Shown here piece by piece: positions 24,180-32,823 of a stretch of DNA of 35,021 bases. This DNA comes from a virus: IMG/VR virus record IMGVR_UViG_3300049195_000059, one strand, 5' to 3'. Each line of letters begins with the position of its first letter. The first letter of the stretch is position 1. The notes beneath the pieces are model-generated. The model saw only the letters and a program-made list of their open reading frames with translations. It was not told the origin of the DNA and made no database searches. The translations under genes and the position numbers were made by a program.

Positions 24180-25355
24180 TCAGACCGTCTCGGCCAGCTG
24201 GCTCGCAAAATCGGCGAAGTAGCTGTCCGTGATGCGCTGGTTGAAGCCCAGATCTTCCAGCGGCGGCGGCACGGTGTAGTCGTAGTCGATGCGCAGCTTG
24301 CCCGCCTTGAGGCTGGCCGTGCTGTTGTTCGCCTCATCGAACCATGCATTCGCGCCGAGGATGATCCCCTGGGCCTTCAGCTGGCGGAAGAAGCCGTTGA
24401 TGGTCTCGATGATGTCCTTGGCGAGCGCCGGGGTCAGCGGCTTGTCGATCGCCCACATCATGCCGTTGACGATGGTGTCGGCGAGCAGCTGGGCGACGCG
24501 GACAGTGCTTTCGAAGGCGAACAGGCTTTCCGCTTCCGCCGTGGTGCGGTTGCCCCAGAAGCGATAGCCGGTGTCGGTGCGGACCAGCGCGGTCACTTCC
24601 TTGGCGTTGAGCAGCCCGGCTTCGCTGGCCGCATCCTCAATATCCCAATGGATATCCTTGGTCAGGCCGACGACGCCCTGCACGGCGACGTTCGAGAGCG
24701 TCTTGTGCGGGCCGGTCTGGGTGTCGATCAGGGCGCGCAGGCCCATGGCGCGGGCGGCGGCATAGCTGGTGACGTTGGCGCTGGTCGCCGTGTCCCAGGC
24801 TAGGAAGTCAGGCATCAGCAGCATCAGTTCGCGCGCGCTGAAATTGGCGCGGTAGAGGATGGCGCTGGCGACCGTTTCCCCGATGGCGCGCGCATAGGCG
24901 AAGCCGCGCAGCTTCTGCGCCACGACTGCCAGCGCCGTCGTTACCGCCTGCGTTTCGAGGCCGGGAGTGCCGAGGATCTTCGGCTTGACGCCCAGCTGCG
25001 CCTGCGCGGCCAGCAACGCCTGCATGCCGGTCTTCTGGCCGTCGGCATCCGTGGTGCCGATGACGTTGCTGGCGGTCTCAGCAGCATCCGCGCCTTCCTC
25101 GACACGAACCACAACGACGACGGGGCGGGTCTGGTCGGCAATGGCGCGCAGGGCGTTCGCCAGGGTGCCATCCACGCCCGCATCGCCGATTGCCGTCTCA
25201 ATGTCCGTGATGAGCGCGGGGCGATCGAGGGGAAAGACGGCGGCGTCGGCATCGGAAGCCGTGGCAACCAGGCCGATGATAGCGGTGGAGACGGCGGTCA
25301 GCGTGCGAGCGCCGGTGTCGATCTCGGTGACAGTGATACCATGTTTGAAGGGCAT
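24180..25355 (-). CDS. FI: Contractile tail sheath protein FI
   Basis: 391 aa, beginning MPFKHGITVTEIDTGARTL... as in P2-family sheath proteins. Confidence 0.92.
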   Translation of the reverse strand: MPFKHGITVTEIDTGARTLTAVSTAIIGLVATASDADAAVFPLDRPALITDIETAIGDAGVDGTLANALRAIADQTRPVVVVVRVEEGADAAETASNVIGTTDADGQKTGMQALLAAQAQLGVKPKILGTPGLETQAVTTALAVVAQKLRGFAYARAIGETVASAILYRANFSARELMLLMPDFLAWDTATSANVTSYAAARAMGLRALIDTQTGPHKTLSNVAVQGVVGLTKDIHWDIEDAASEAGLLNAKEVTALVRTDTGYRFWGNRTTAEAESLFAFESTVRVAQLLADTIVNGMMWAIDKPLTPALAKDIIETINGFFRQLKAQGIILGANAWFDEANNSTASLKAGKLRIDYDYTVPPPLEDLGFNQRITDSYFADFASQLAETV

Positions 25356-25370
25356 GACAGGCTCCTTGGG

Positions 25371-25721
25371 CTAAAGAGAGAGGGGCAGGACGAGGCGAGT
25401 GCGCGCATTCGCGGCTGCGGTGTCGGTGCGATCGCCGTCGATGACGAGGGTTGCTGATCCTGCCCGTTCGCCGGCAGACAGGCTGACGCGGCGCAGGCGA
25501 ATACGATCTTCAAAGCGGGAGATGGCGACAGCGGTGGCAGCGTAGACGCGCAGGATGTTCGCCGGCGTCATGGGCTGGTCGATCAGGTCGGGCAGCAGCG
25601 AGCCATAGTCGCGTCGGCCGACACGGGTGCCGAGCGGCGTGCCGAGAATATCGGCCACCGACTGCTTGATATGTTCGAGGCCATCCAGCACCGCCCCAGA
25701 GGTTCGCGCCATGCCCGCCAT
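25371..25721 (-). CDS. W: Baseplate wedge protein W (gp25-like)
   Basis: 116 aa. LEHIKQSVADILGTPLGTRVGRRDYGSLLPDLIDQP is the GPW/gp25 signature. Confidence 0.88.
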   Translation of the reverse strand: MAGMARTSGAVLDGLEHIKQSVADILGTPLGTRVGRRDYGSLLPDLIDQPMTPANILRVYAATAVAISRFEDRIRLRRVSLSAGERAGSATLVIDGDRTDTAAANARTRLVLPLSL

Positions 25722-26251
25722 CAGACCGGGGCTCCGGTCTGCGCGCCGCCGGCCTGGACGCCGCCATGCTTGTGGTTCTTGAGGCTGATGCCGCCGCCCA
25801 GCACGTCATCGGACGCGGTGACCTTCCCGTTCACGGTAACATCGCCGTTGATGGTGACGCCGCCGGGTGCATCGATCGTTGCCGTCCCGCCTTCGGGTAG
25901 CGTCACGGCAAGCGCATGGCTCGCATGATTGTAGCTGATGACCGCGCCGTCGGGCAGTTCGAGATGGGTGACGTCCGGATCGTTGGACGGTGGCGGATTG
26001 GCATCCGAATAAAGCCCCAGCACGACCAGGCCGTTCTCCACGTCGCCTTCCGGGCAAAGCACAATGCATTGCTCGCCCACCGTTGGAGGCGACCAATAAC
26101 GAGAGCCGCCGGCGCGCTGCGCCACCCACGGCAGTTCCCCCGTGGTAAGCTCACCAAGCTCGACCGTGCAGGTTGCGTTGGCATGGTCGACGGACGCGAT
26201 GGTGCCATATTGGATCGCCTCACCGATCTGCTGTTCGCTGTCCTGTGCCAT
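25721..26251 (-). CDS. V: Baseplate assembly/spike protein V
   Basis: 176 aa. It contains PWVAQRAGGSRYWSPPTVGEQCIVLCPEGDVENGLVVLGLYS and a C-terminal KNHKHGGVQAGG, as in gpV. Confidence 0.88.
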   Translation of the reverse strand: MAQDSEQQIGEAIQYGTIASVDHANATCTVELGELTTGELPWVAQRAGGSRYWSPPTVGEQCIVLCPEGDVENGLVVLGLYSDANPPPSNDPDVTHLELPDGAVISYNHASHALAVTLPEGGTATIDAPGGVTINGDVTVNGKVTASDDVLGGGISLKNHKHGGVQAGGAQTGAPV

Positions 26252-26290
26252 GCGCGGACCATGGCGCGGGGCTTAAGCCCTTGCGCGGCC

Positions 26291-26323
26291 CTGCATTTGT
26301 AGAGGCCGCCTCTACAAATGCAG
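26291..26323. promoter_or_regulatory. Copy 2 of the conserved palindrome, extended here to 33 bp (CTGCATTTGTAGAGGCCGCCTCTACAAATGCAG). It lies upstream of V.
   Basis: It is identical to copy 1 over the full 27-nt element (23-nt core plus CA/TG flanks). Its centre at 26307 is 56 nt from the V ATG. It lies directly after the methylase stop. Confidence 0.6.
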
Positions 26324-26334
26324 GAGATTGCCGC

Positions 26335-27153
26335 TCATGCGTCGTTAGCGGGCAGCGGGAAATTGCTGATCAGCACTTCGCCTGCTTTGGTCGGCTTGCC
26401 GCCCACGCTGTAAGTCGTGTCGATCGCTCCGATGGTGAAGCGGGCGAAGGTATCGCGCACTCCCTCATTGTCGTTGAGCGACATGAGGAAGCGGCCCTTG
26501 ATCCCGGCCAGCTGGTCAGCCAGGGCGGAGAAGTCCGCTCGGCTGAAAACGTCTGGGCCATAGTCCCGCTCGCAAGCCCAATAGGGCGGGTCGAGATAGA
26601 AGAGCGCGCCCTCCCGATCATATCGGCGGATGAACTCGGCATAGGGCAGGCGCTCGATGACGACGGATTGCAGCCGCTCATGGACATCGGCCAGCATAGG
26701 CTCGATCTTGCCGACGTCGAACCGTGCGGGCGAGGCAGCGTCCACGCCGAAACCACGGCCCTTGACCTTGCCGCCGAAGGCGAGGCGCTGGACGTACAGG
26801 AATCGCACCGCGCGCTGGAGATCCGTCAGGCGATCAGGATCCTGCCCCAGCAGCCGCTCGAACTCGGCGCGGCTCGCCACGCGGAATCGCAGCATGTCGA
26901 TCAGATAGGGATAATGCTCGGCGAGGCAGCGGAACAGCGTCACGACGTCGCCCGAAATATCGTTGATCGCCTCGGCGCGCGGGCGGCGCGAGCGGCGCAG
27001 GAAGATGCCGCCCATACCCACGAAAGGTTCGGCGTAACTGCTGTGCGGGATGCTGTCGATGATGGCACAGATCCGCCTGGAAAGATTGCGCTTTCCGCCG
27101 ATGTAACCGGCAACGGGCGAAACGGGACGGACGAGAACAAAAGGGGTAGACAT
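26335..27153 (-). CDS. dam: Dam-type (D12 class) DNA N6-adenine methyltransferase
   Basis: EPFVGMGG (motif I) and YLDPPY (motif IV). 272 aa. It has its own Shine-Dalgarno and a 170-bp upstream intergenic region with terminator hairpins. Confidence 0.85.
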   Translation of the reverse strand: MSTPFVLVRPVSPVAGYIGGKRNLSRRICAIIDSIPHSSYAEPFVGMGGIFLRRSRRPRAEAINDISGDVVTLFRCLAEHYPYLIDMLRFRVASRAEFERLLGQDPDRLTDLQRAVRFLYVQRLAFGGKVKGRGFGVDAASPARFDVGKIEPMLADVHERLQSVVIERLPYAEFIRRYDREGALFYLDPPYWACERDYGPDVFSRADFSALADQLAGIKGRFLMSLNDNEGVRDTFARFTIGAIDTTYSVGGKPTKAGEVLISNFPLPANDA

Positions 27154-27277
27154 GTTGGAAATCCTGCACGATGTCCCTCCATGGCTCGGCCACGGAGGGA
27201 ACTCGATATGGGCAGGCGCGCTGCCCTGAGAGTGCGAGTGCAGGCTCGCGGCTTTGAGGATGTGGGGACATCCAAAG

Positions 27278-27318
27278 CCCCCTCCGTAAAGGGGGAACGG
27301 CGGCGTTCATAGCCGCCG
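27278..27318 (-). terminator. Two tandem GC hairpins after the tail-fibre operon
   Basis: On the - strand, CGGCGGC-tatgaac-GCCGCCG is followed by CCCCCT-ttacgg-AGGGGG and then CTTTGG. Confidence 0.5.
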
Positions 27319-27324
27319 CGCGCA

Positions 27325-27576
27325 TTATTCAGCAGTCGGTTCGGGCGCTGCGGGCAGTTCCGGTTCCGGCGGTGGATTGGTGATGACGCCCAGCTTGATC
27401 TTCTGGTCGACCCCTTGCGCCACTTCATCAACTCGGGCCTTAGTTCCGGCCTTGTCATAGCTGCCGTCGTCTTTCAGCACGGCATTCACGGTGCGGTCAT
27501 GCTTGACGCCGCCGCTGGTGAAGGTGACGGGCACGGTGCGGGTGTCAGGGTCAAATTTTCCGATACGAACTTGCAT
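27325..27576 (-). CDS. Hypothetical protein (83 aa) with a Pro/Glu-rich tail
   Basis: A strong AAGGAG Shine-Dalgarno is present. The sequence is protein-like. Confidence 0.55.
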   Translation of the reverse strand: MQVRIGKFDPDTRTVPVTFTSGGVKHDRTVNAVLKDDGSYDKAGTKARVDEVAQGVDQKIKLGVITNPPPEPELPAAPEPTAE

Positions 27577-27587
27577 GGGTCACTCCT

Positions 27588-27863
27588 TCAATCGTCAAGA
27601 AACTGGTAATGCCGGAAAGCGCGCAGGCAGTGGTCAGGCTTGTCGCCGAGCCGTGTCGCGCACCAATCAATCACAGCGGCGACGCGGGCCGCCCAGCGGT
27701 GGCCGTTGAACTGCGCCTCGCCGACATAGCTGCTGATCATTTCGCGGCCTGACGGGCGGCTTGCGAGGCCGAACGGATAGAGGCAGCACAGCCAGATCGT
27801 GCAGGCAAGAATGTCCAGCGAGCGCAGCAGCGGGAAAACGCAATGGCCGAGGCGGCGGATCAT
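27588..27863 (-). CDS. Hypothetical Cys/Trp-rich small protein (91 aa)
   Basis: ATGA overlap with the fibre-assembly gene. It begins with a hydrophobic N-terminal segment. Confidence 0.5.
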   Translation of the reverse strand: MIRRLGHCVFPLLRSLDILACTIWLCCLYPFGLASRPSGREMISSYVGEAQFNGHRWAARVAAVIDWCATRLGDKPDHCLRAFRHYQFLDD

Positions 27864-28423
27864 GCAGGCCAGCCTTCCTCAATGTCGATCGCTTCCAGAT
27901 CCGCGATGGTGTCGGCGGCAGCTATCAGCAGGCCAAGCGCCTGACTGCGTGCGTGGCAGGTCGAGACATGCGCCAGCACCGTCTGGCCGACAACGAACAT
28001 CTGATCTGCATCCAGTTCGGCAAGGCTGTTGTCGGCCAGCTTCCACTGCACCGCGAAAGCAACGTCCGCGGATTTGGCCATGACTGCCCCGGTGACAGCG
28101 CCGTTGATGTTGGACCGGCTTAGCGCGTCCGTATCGAACCGACCGATGCCTGGAACATTGCAGCCACCGTCGATGCGCCAATCGCGGTTCTGCTTGACCT
28201 CCTGCCAGCGCAGATCTTTAAGCTGCTCGAGCGTGAGACGAGACCGAGGCTCAACGGCGACCGGGTTGCCGCCCTCATCGGCGACGATGACCTTTCCCGC
28301 GCTCTGGCTTTGCAGCAGTTCCGCGTGGCGATCGTTACTGATTTCCACCGCATCGGCAGGAATTTCCGTGTGCACGCCATCGTCAAAGAAGCCCCTTGCG
28401 GCGGCGCTGTAAAACAACGTCAT
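27860..28423 (-). CDS. G: Tail fibre assembly/chaperone-like protein (DUF4376-like C-terminus)
   Basis: Starts at the internal ATG 28423 (MTLFYSAAARGFFDD...), preceded by GAGGGA. The C-terminus ends ...LEAIDIEEGWPA. It lies immediately after the fibre gene. Confidence 0.7.
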   Translation of the reverse strand: MTLFYSAAARGFFDDGVHTEIPADAVEISNDRHAELLQSQSAGKVIVADEGGNPVAVEPRSRLTLEQLKDLRWQEVKQNRDWRIDGGCNVPGIGRFDTDALSRSNINGAVTGAVMAKSADVAFAVQWKLADNSLAELDADQMFVVGQTVLAHVSTCHARSQALGLLIAAADTIADLEAIDIEEGWPA

Positions 28424-28436
28424 TAGTCGGTCCCTC

Positions 28437-30614
28437 TCAATGTCCAATGGCCAGCCAGGTGACGCCGATCGTCCCGCCGAAATTGGCGGGAAGCGCGATG
28501 TTGCCTTGGGTGTTGCTGATGGGTGCCGCGCCACATCCGACCCGATTGTCGGTCAAGGTGAGTGCAGTGCCCAAGGATGCGAGCATTTGAAGCGCGCCGT
28601 TCGGGAATGCGATTGGGAAGGTGATCGTGGTGGTGGTGCGGGTCGGCAGGGCGTCGGCGAAGCCCCACTGGATGATCCGGCCATCCGGCAGAATTTCGTA
28701 GTTAGTCGCCTTGGTGAAGTTCACATATTTGACGAAATCCGACGCCTGCAAGCCGTCGAGCAGATCTGCATCGAGGCCAGATCCAGAGCCGTCGTTCGCA
28801 CCATGCCAAACATCAACACCGTTGACCCTGTAGCCAGCTTTCACATCCCACCGGCCCGTGCGAGCGTCGTAAAACCCGTTTACGCTGCCGTCGTAGGTCT
28901 TGATGCCAAGACCCCACCAGATGTTCATCGTCAGATTATAGAGCGAGTAGCTGGCACCGTCGCCCGTGCCGCCCGAAAGGCCGTTTGTGCCTGCCGCGCC
29001 AGCCACCACCAAGGTAGGAAGCGTGAGCGCGCCCGACATAGTGTCGCCAGCCTTGTTGACAGGCGAATATCCAAGGCGCGCGGTGATGTTCGAATAATAG
29101 CTGCCGTCCTGACCATCGAGCAGATCGGCGTCTAGGCCCGAGCCGGCACCGTCATTATCCGGCCCCCACAAGGCATAGCCTGCACGTCCTACGGTCGCGC
29201 CGTGGATCGGAAAGGTGCCGCCATTAAGCAACCCGTTAGTGATGATGTACCCAAGATCGACAGTATCGACCTGCATCTTCATGTAGGTGCCGGACCAGCC
29301 GATGTAGACTTTGTTTCCGCCTTGGCCAGCCCCACCCCCCTGCTGAACAGGGGTGTAGCCCAGCCTCGCCGGAATGTTGGTATAGTAGCTGCCGTCCGAC
29401 CCATCGAGCAGATCCGCGTCCAGGCCGGACCCAGCACCGTCGTTGCCGCCGTGCCAGACCAAGCTGCCGTTGGCCGAAAAGCCAGTTTGCAGCCCAAGCC
29501 AACCATCGCTGGTGAAGGAGGCGCGCGTCTGACCGCCAATGATCAAATGGAGGTTATTGTTTGCCCGATCATAGAGAAAGTAATCCGAGGCGTCCCAATT
29601 GACCATCGGATTGCCGCTGCTGATGTCCAGATAGTATGCCGTGTCGCGCTTTATTGCGCCCGTGAAGGTGTCGCCTGCGCGGTTGGCTGGCGTATAGCCA
29701 AGTCGAGCGGTGATGTTAGAATAATAGCTGCCATCCTGCCCGTCGAGCAAGTCGGCGTCGAGGCCCGAACCAGCACCGTCATTGTCCGGCCCCCACAGGC
29801 TGTATGAGCCGCGATACATAGTGTAGCCGGTGATGCTGAGGCCGCCAGAAGCGAGCCAGCTATCTGTTGCGATGTTGCCCATATCGGCCATGTCTACGGT
29901 GGCCTTAAGGCGGGTGCCGCTCCACCCGATCTTGATCGTGTTCGTGCCTTGTCCAAGCCCCGTTCCCTGCTGGACCGGCGAATAGCCGAGCCGGGCCGGG
30001 ATGTTGGAATAATAGCTGCCATCCTGCCCATCGAGCAGATCGGCGTCGAGGCCGGACCCAGCGCCGTCCTGCGCCAGCAGCCAACCAAGAACGGCGGCCT
30101 TTGCTGCCGCAGGCGTCAGTGAACGCAGGGCGTCAATTCCGGCCTGCGCCTCTGCCACAGTCGCCAGCTCCACCACGCCGATCTGCTCCGTCGTCGCAGG
30201 CGGATTGAGGAAGTTGGCATCGCCGAAAGTAATGTTGGTGGCCGCGATGTCTTCGAAGCGGACGTCGATGCCGAGCAGCATCATCGCCTGCGCCGACTTT
30301 TCGACGAGGACCGGCGCTTGCCCATATACGCCGAACAGGGTGCCGTCGCCGAGATAGAGCGCGATGCTCCGCACGGTGAAAACGTCGCTACTCTCGTCGC
30401 GCACGATCAGGTGGATCGTGTCGTCAGCCACGACGTCGCCTGACAAGGTAATGAGCCGCTTGAATTCCCCAGGCAGCGCAGCCGTGGCGGGCGTGGGCAC
30501 GAGCGCAGTGGCGGAAATGCCAACCTGCGCGATGACGACGGGCGCGGTGCCGGTGTTGGCGGCATTTACAAGCGCGGCGCGGCCCGCATTGGTGACGATG
30601 AAGGTAAGGGCCAT
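28437..30614 (-). CDS. H: Tail fibre protein (gpH-like N-terminus, five GSGLDADLLDG modules, gp53-like C-terminal tip)
   Basis: 725 aa. The N-terminus is P2-H-like (IVTNAGRAALVNA...IALYLGDGTLFGVYG). The repeat motif starts at aa 186, 282, 395, 491 and 611. The C-terminus is RIIQWGF...FPIAFPN...WLAIGH. Confidence 0.9.
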   Translation of the reverse strand: MALTFIVTNAGRAALVNAANTGTAPVVIAQVGISATALVPTPATAALPGEFKRLITLSGDVVADDTIHLIVRDESSDVFTVRSIALYLGDGTLFGVYGQAPVLVEKSAQAMMLLGIDVRFEDIAATNITFGDANFLNPPATTEQIGVVELATVAEAQAGIDALRSLTPAAAKAAVLGWLLAQDGAGSGLDADLLDGQDGSYYSNIPARLGYSPVQQGTGLGQGTNTIKIGWSGTRLKATVDMADMGNIATDSWLASGGLSITGYTMYRGSYSLWGPDNDGAGSGLDADLLDGQDGSYYSNITARLGYTPANRAGDTFTGAIKRDTAYYLDISSGNPMVNWDASDYFLYDRANNNLHLIIGGQTRASFTSDGWLGLQTGFSANGSLVWHGGNDGAGSGLDADLLDGSDGSYYTNIPARLGYTPVQQGGGAGQGGNKVYIGWSGTYMKMQVDTVDLGYIITNGLLNGGTFPIHGATVGRAGYALWGPDNDGAGSGLDADLLDGQDGSYYSNITARLGYSPVNKAGDTMSGALTLPTLVVAGAAGTNGLSGGTGDGASYSLYNLTMNIWWGLGIKTYDGSVNGFYDARTGRWDVKAGYRVNGVDVWHGANDGSGSGLDADLLDGLQASDFVKYVNFTKATNYEILPDGRIIQWGFADALPTRTTTTITFPIAFPNGALQMLASLGTALTLTDNRVGCGAAPISNTQGNIALPANFGGTIGVTWLAIGH

Positions 30615-30625
30615 GATTCCTCCGC

Positions 30626-31180
30626 TCAGGCCGCCGCCGGTGCCGTGCAGGACAGGCGGGCGTAGATGGTCGGGCGAACCGCTGCGATCAGCCCGACGCT
30701 GGCCTTGGCGGTGATGCCTTGGGTGAAGGTGAAGTGGCTGCGCACCGGCTTGGCGCGGTTCACTTCGGCAATGACCTGATCGACAAAGGCGGCCGATGCG
30801 GGCGCGCCGTTCTGATCAAGGTTCAGTACGAGATCGAAGGTGTAAGGATCGCCCTTGGGCTCATGCTGCCACCATTCGCGGATTGCGACCGATCCGCCGA
30901 AACTCTGGATGACGGCGCGCACGGACTCTGCGGTGCCCTTCTGCCGGGCGATGGCAATGGCCTTGCGGACGCGCTCCCGCTTGATGGCTTCGGGCCAATC
31001 GCTGGACCAATTATCGAGCGACAGGCCCCATGCGAGCCACGGCAACAGGGCGATGGGGCAATTCGACGCCGACCAGACTTCCCGGACCAGCACGGCGATA
31101 TCGAGCAGGCGGGCGGCCACCTGCTCCAGCGCCTTTTCCATGTCCGTCGAAGCGGGAGGAAGGATGGATGGATAGGTCAT
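30626..31180 (-). CDS. I: Baseplate/tail protein I
   Basis: 184 aa. ILPPASTDMEKALE...CPIALLPWLAWGLSLDNWSSDWPEAIKR is the gpI signature. Confidence 0.88.
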   Translation of the reverse strand: MTYPSILPPASTDMEKALEQVAARLLDIAVLVREVWSASNCPIALLPWLAWGLSLDNWSSDWPEAIKRERVRKAIAIARQKGTAESVRAVIQSFGGSVAIREWWQHEPKGDPYTFDLVLNLDQNGAPASAAFVDQVIAEVNRAKPVRSHFTFTQGITAKASVGLIAAVRPTIYARLSCTAPAAA

Positions 31181-32079
31181 TCGCCCGTCCCCGCGTAGGT
31201 GAGCGTAATGCCGGTGCAGTATGGAGCTTGCTCGCGGGTGACGATGACGTCCGCCGCCGGTTCGGTCAGGACGACGTTCTGCACGCCCTCGACATGCAGG
31301 GCGGCGAAGACGCCGGATCGCGTGATGTCACGGCCAATGCGGTGGCTGGACGCGACATAGTCATCCAGCTTCGCGCGGGCGGCATCGAGAACGACGCTGC
31401 CGTCGGGGCCGCTGAACGTCGTGATCTCCGCGAGGACTTCATAATTGACGATTTCCGCCGACTGCACCGTCACGAAGTCGGTCAGCGGGCGGCGCGTCTC
31501 ATCCGACACATAGGCCGCCACAGCCTCGAGCAGATCTGGCGATGCGGTGCCCGGTGCGGTGCGGGCGAGAACGGAAACGAGGACTTCGCCGGGGCTGGGG
31601 CTGGTCGCGCTGGCGTCCAGCACATCGGCGTCTGCCGACAGCGCGTGGAAGATATAGGCCCCTTCCGGCCCGGCCACGGAATAACCTTCTGGTGCCAGCA
31701 CCATACGGCGGCGGAAATCCGCGTCGCTTTCCATGACAGCGGGGATCCCCAGAACAGCGTCCGCCGGCGTGATCTCGAACCGGGCGATGCCGAACAGCGC
31801 GGCAATGTTGTCGAGATCGGCACCCACGGCATAAGCGGGCATGACGGCGCGGGCCGCGTCGTTTACGCGCTGGCGCAGCAGCTGGGCGAAATAGGCGAAG
31901 GTCTGCAGCAGCTTCGATGCCGGATCGCTGTCCCTGCTCTCGAAATCGGGCATCAGCGTCTTCATGTACGCGACGGCATCGGCATAGATCGTCTCGAAAT
32001 CGAGCGGATCTATGACGTCGGGCGCGGGAAGGCGCGACAGATCAACGGCGGTGAAGGTTGCATCGGCCATGCGGTGCAT
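31177..32079 (-). CDS. J: Baseplate protein J. An alternative start is at 32070.
   Basis: 300 aa. AVDLSRLPAPDVIDPLDFETI resembles the gpJ N-terminus. Confidence 0.88.
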   Translation of the reverse strand: MHRMADATFTAVDLSRLPAPDVIDPLDFETIYADAVAYMKTLMPDFESRDSDPASKLLQTFAYFAQLLRQRVNDAARAVMPAYAVGADLDNIAALFGIARFEITPADAVLGIPAVMESDADFRRRMVLAPEGYSVAGPEGAYIFHALSADADVLDASATSPSPGEVLVSVLARTAPGTASPDLLEAVAAYVSDETRRPLTDFVTVQSAEIVNYEVLAEITTFSGPDGSVVLDAARAKLDDYVASSHRIGRDITRSGVFAALHVEGVQNVVLTEPAADVIVTREQAPYCTGITLTYAGTGE

Positions 32080-32113
32080 GTCGGGGCAGGCCCTAGCGCC
32101 GCGCTATCATGTG

Positions 32114-32140
32114 CATTTGTAGAGGCGGCCTCTACAAATG
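32114..32140. promoter_or_regulatory. Copy 3 of the conserved palindrome, in inverted orientation (central base G). It lies upstream of J.
   Basis: CATTTGTAGAGGCGGCCTCTACAAATG. Its centre at 32127 is 48 or 57 nt from the candidate J start codons. It lies just after the S stop. Confidence 0.6.
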
Positions 32141-32151
32141 GAGGCGGATCA

Positions 32152-32823
32152 TCAGCTTGCGGCTATGTGCGCGTAGAGCATGTCGAGCAGCTGCTCGCGG
32201 TCGGTTGCTGTGGCTCCGAGCAGTTCGCGGCGAGGATAGGGGACTGCCTTCGCCTTGCTCGAGGGCTTGTCGCGCAGGCCGAACTGGTGAACGCCGGCGA
32301 TCTGCGAGACCTTGCCGGAAAAACCAACCCAGAAGCCCTGATCGTCAGCGCCGGTGCGGAGGAATCGCGCGCTCGCCAGGCGGCGGAACATGGCGCGGCG
32401 GCGCAGCCCTCCGCGCCGACGCAGGCGACCGCCGCCGGCGTTGCGATGCTCTTCGGGCACCGGCAACCATTTGACGATCTTGTCGAACTCGAAGGAGCGA
32501 ATGCCGCTTGCCTCGATATCGAAGCCGGTCATCATGCGGCCACTGCCCCAGCTGAAGCTCTTCATGATGACGCGGCGCGGCTCGCCGCCGCCACCTGACG
32601 GATAGAGAAAACAGGCCGCGCCACGGCCAGACACCGGCGGAGCCTTATCCTTGCGGGGCGCGAACGCCGAGCCGTCAGGCTGTCGTTGAGCAGCGATACG
32701 ACGGCGCTGGCTCTCACCAAGGGAGCGGCCCATCCGCCGCATCAGCGCGCGCCGCTCGCCCGATGACAGGCTGCGCAGCAGCGCGCCCGCAATGCGCTCC
32801 ACTTCGGCGAGTTCGTCCGTCAT
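32152..32823 (-). CDS. S: Tail completion / virion morphogenesis protein S
   Basis: 223 aa with a gpS-like N-terminus (...RRIAAQRQPDGSAFAPRK). It follows R with an ATGA overlap. Confidence 0.75.
   Translation of the reverse strand: MTDELAEVERIAGALLRSLSSGERRALMRRMGRSLGESQRRRIAAQRQPDGSAFAPRKDKAPPVSGRGAACFLYPSGGGGEPRRVIMKSFSWGSGRMMTGFDIEASGIRSFEFDKIVKWLPVPEEHRNAGGGRLRRRGGLRRRAMFRRLASARFLRTGADDQGFWVGFSGKVSQIAGVHQFGLRDKPSSKAKAVPYPRRELLGATATDREQLLDMLYAHIAAS

Noticed and set aside
28752-30068. Tandem DNA repeats as a possible CRISPR array or satellite
   Set aside because: The repeats are in frame within the tail fibre ORF and encode the recurring GSGLDADLLDG module. There is no repeat-spacer regularity.
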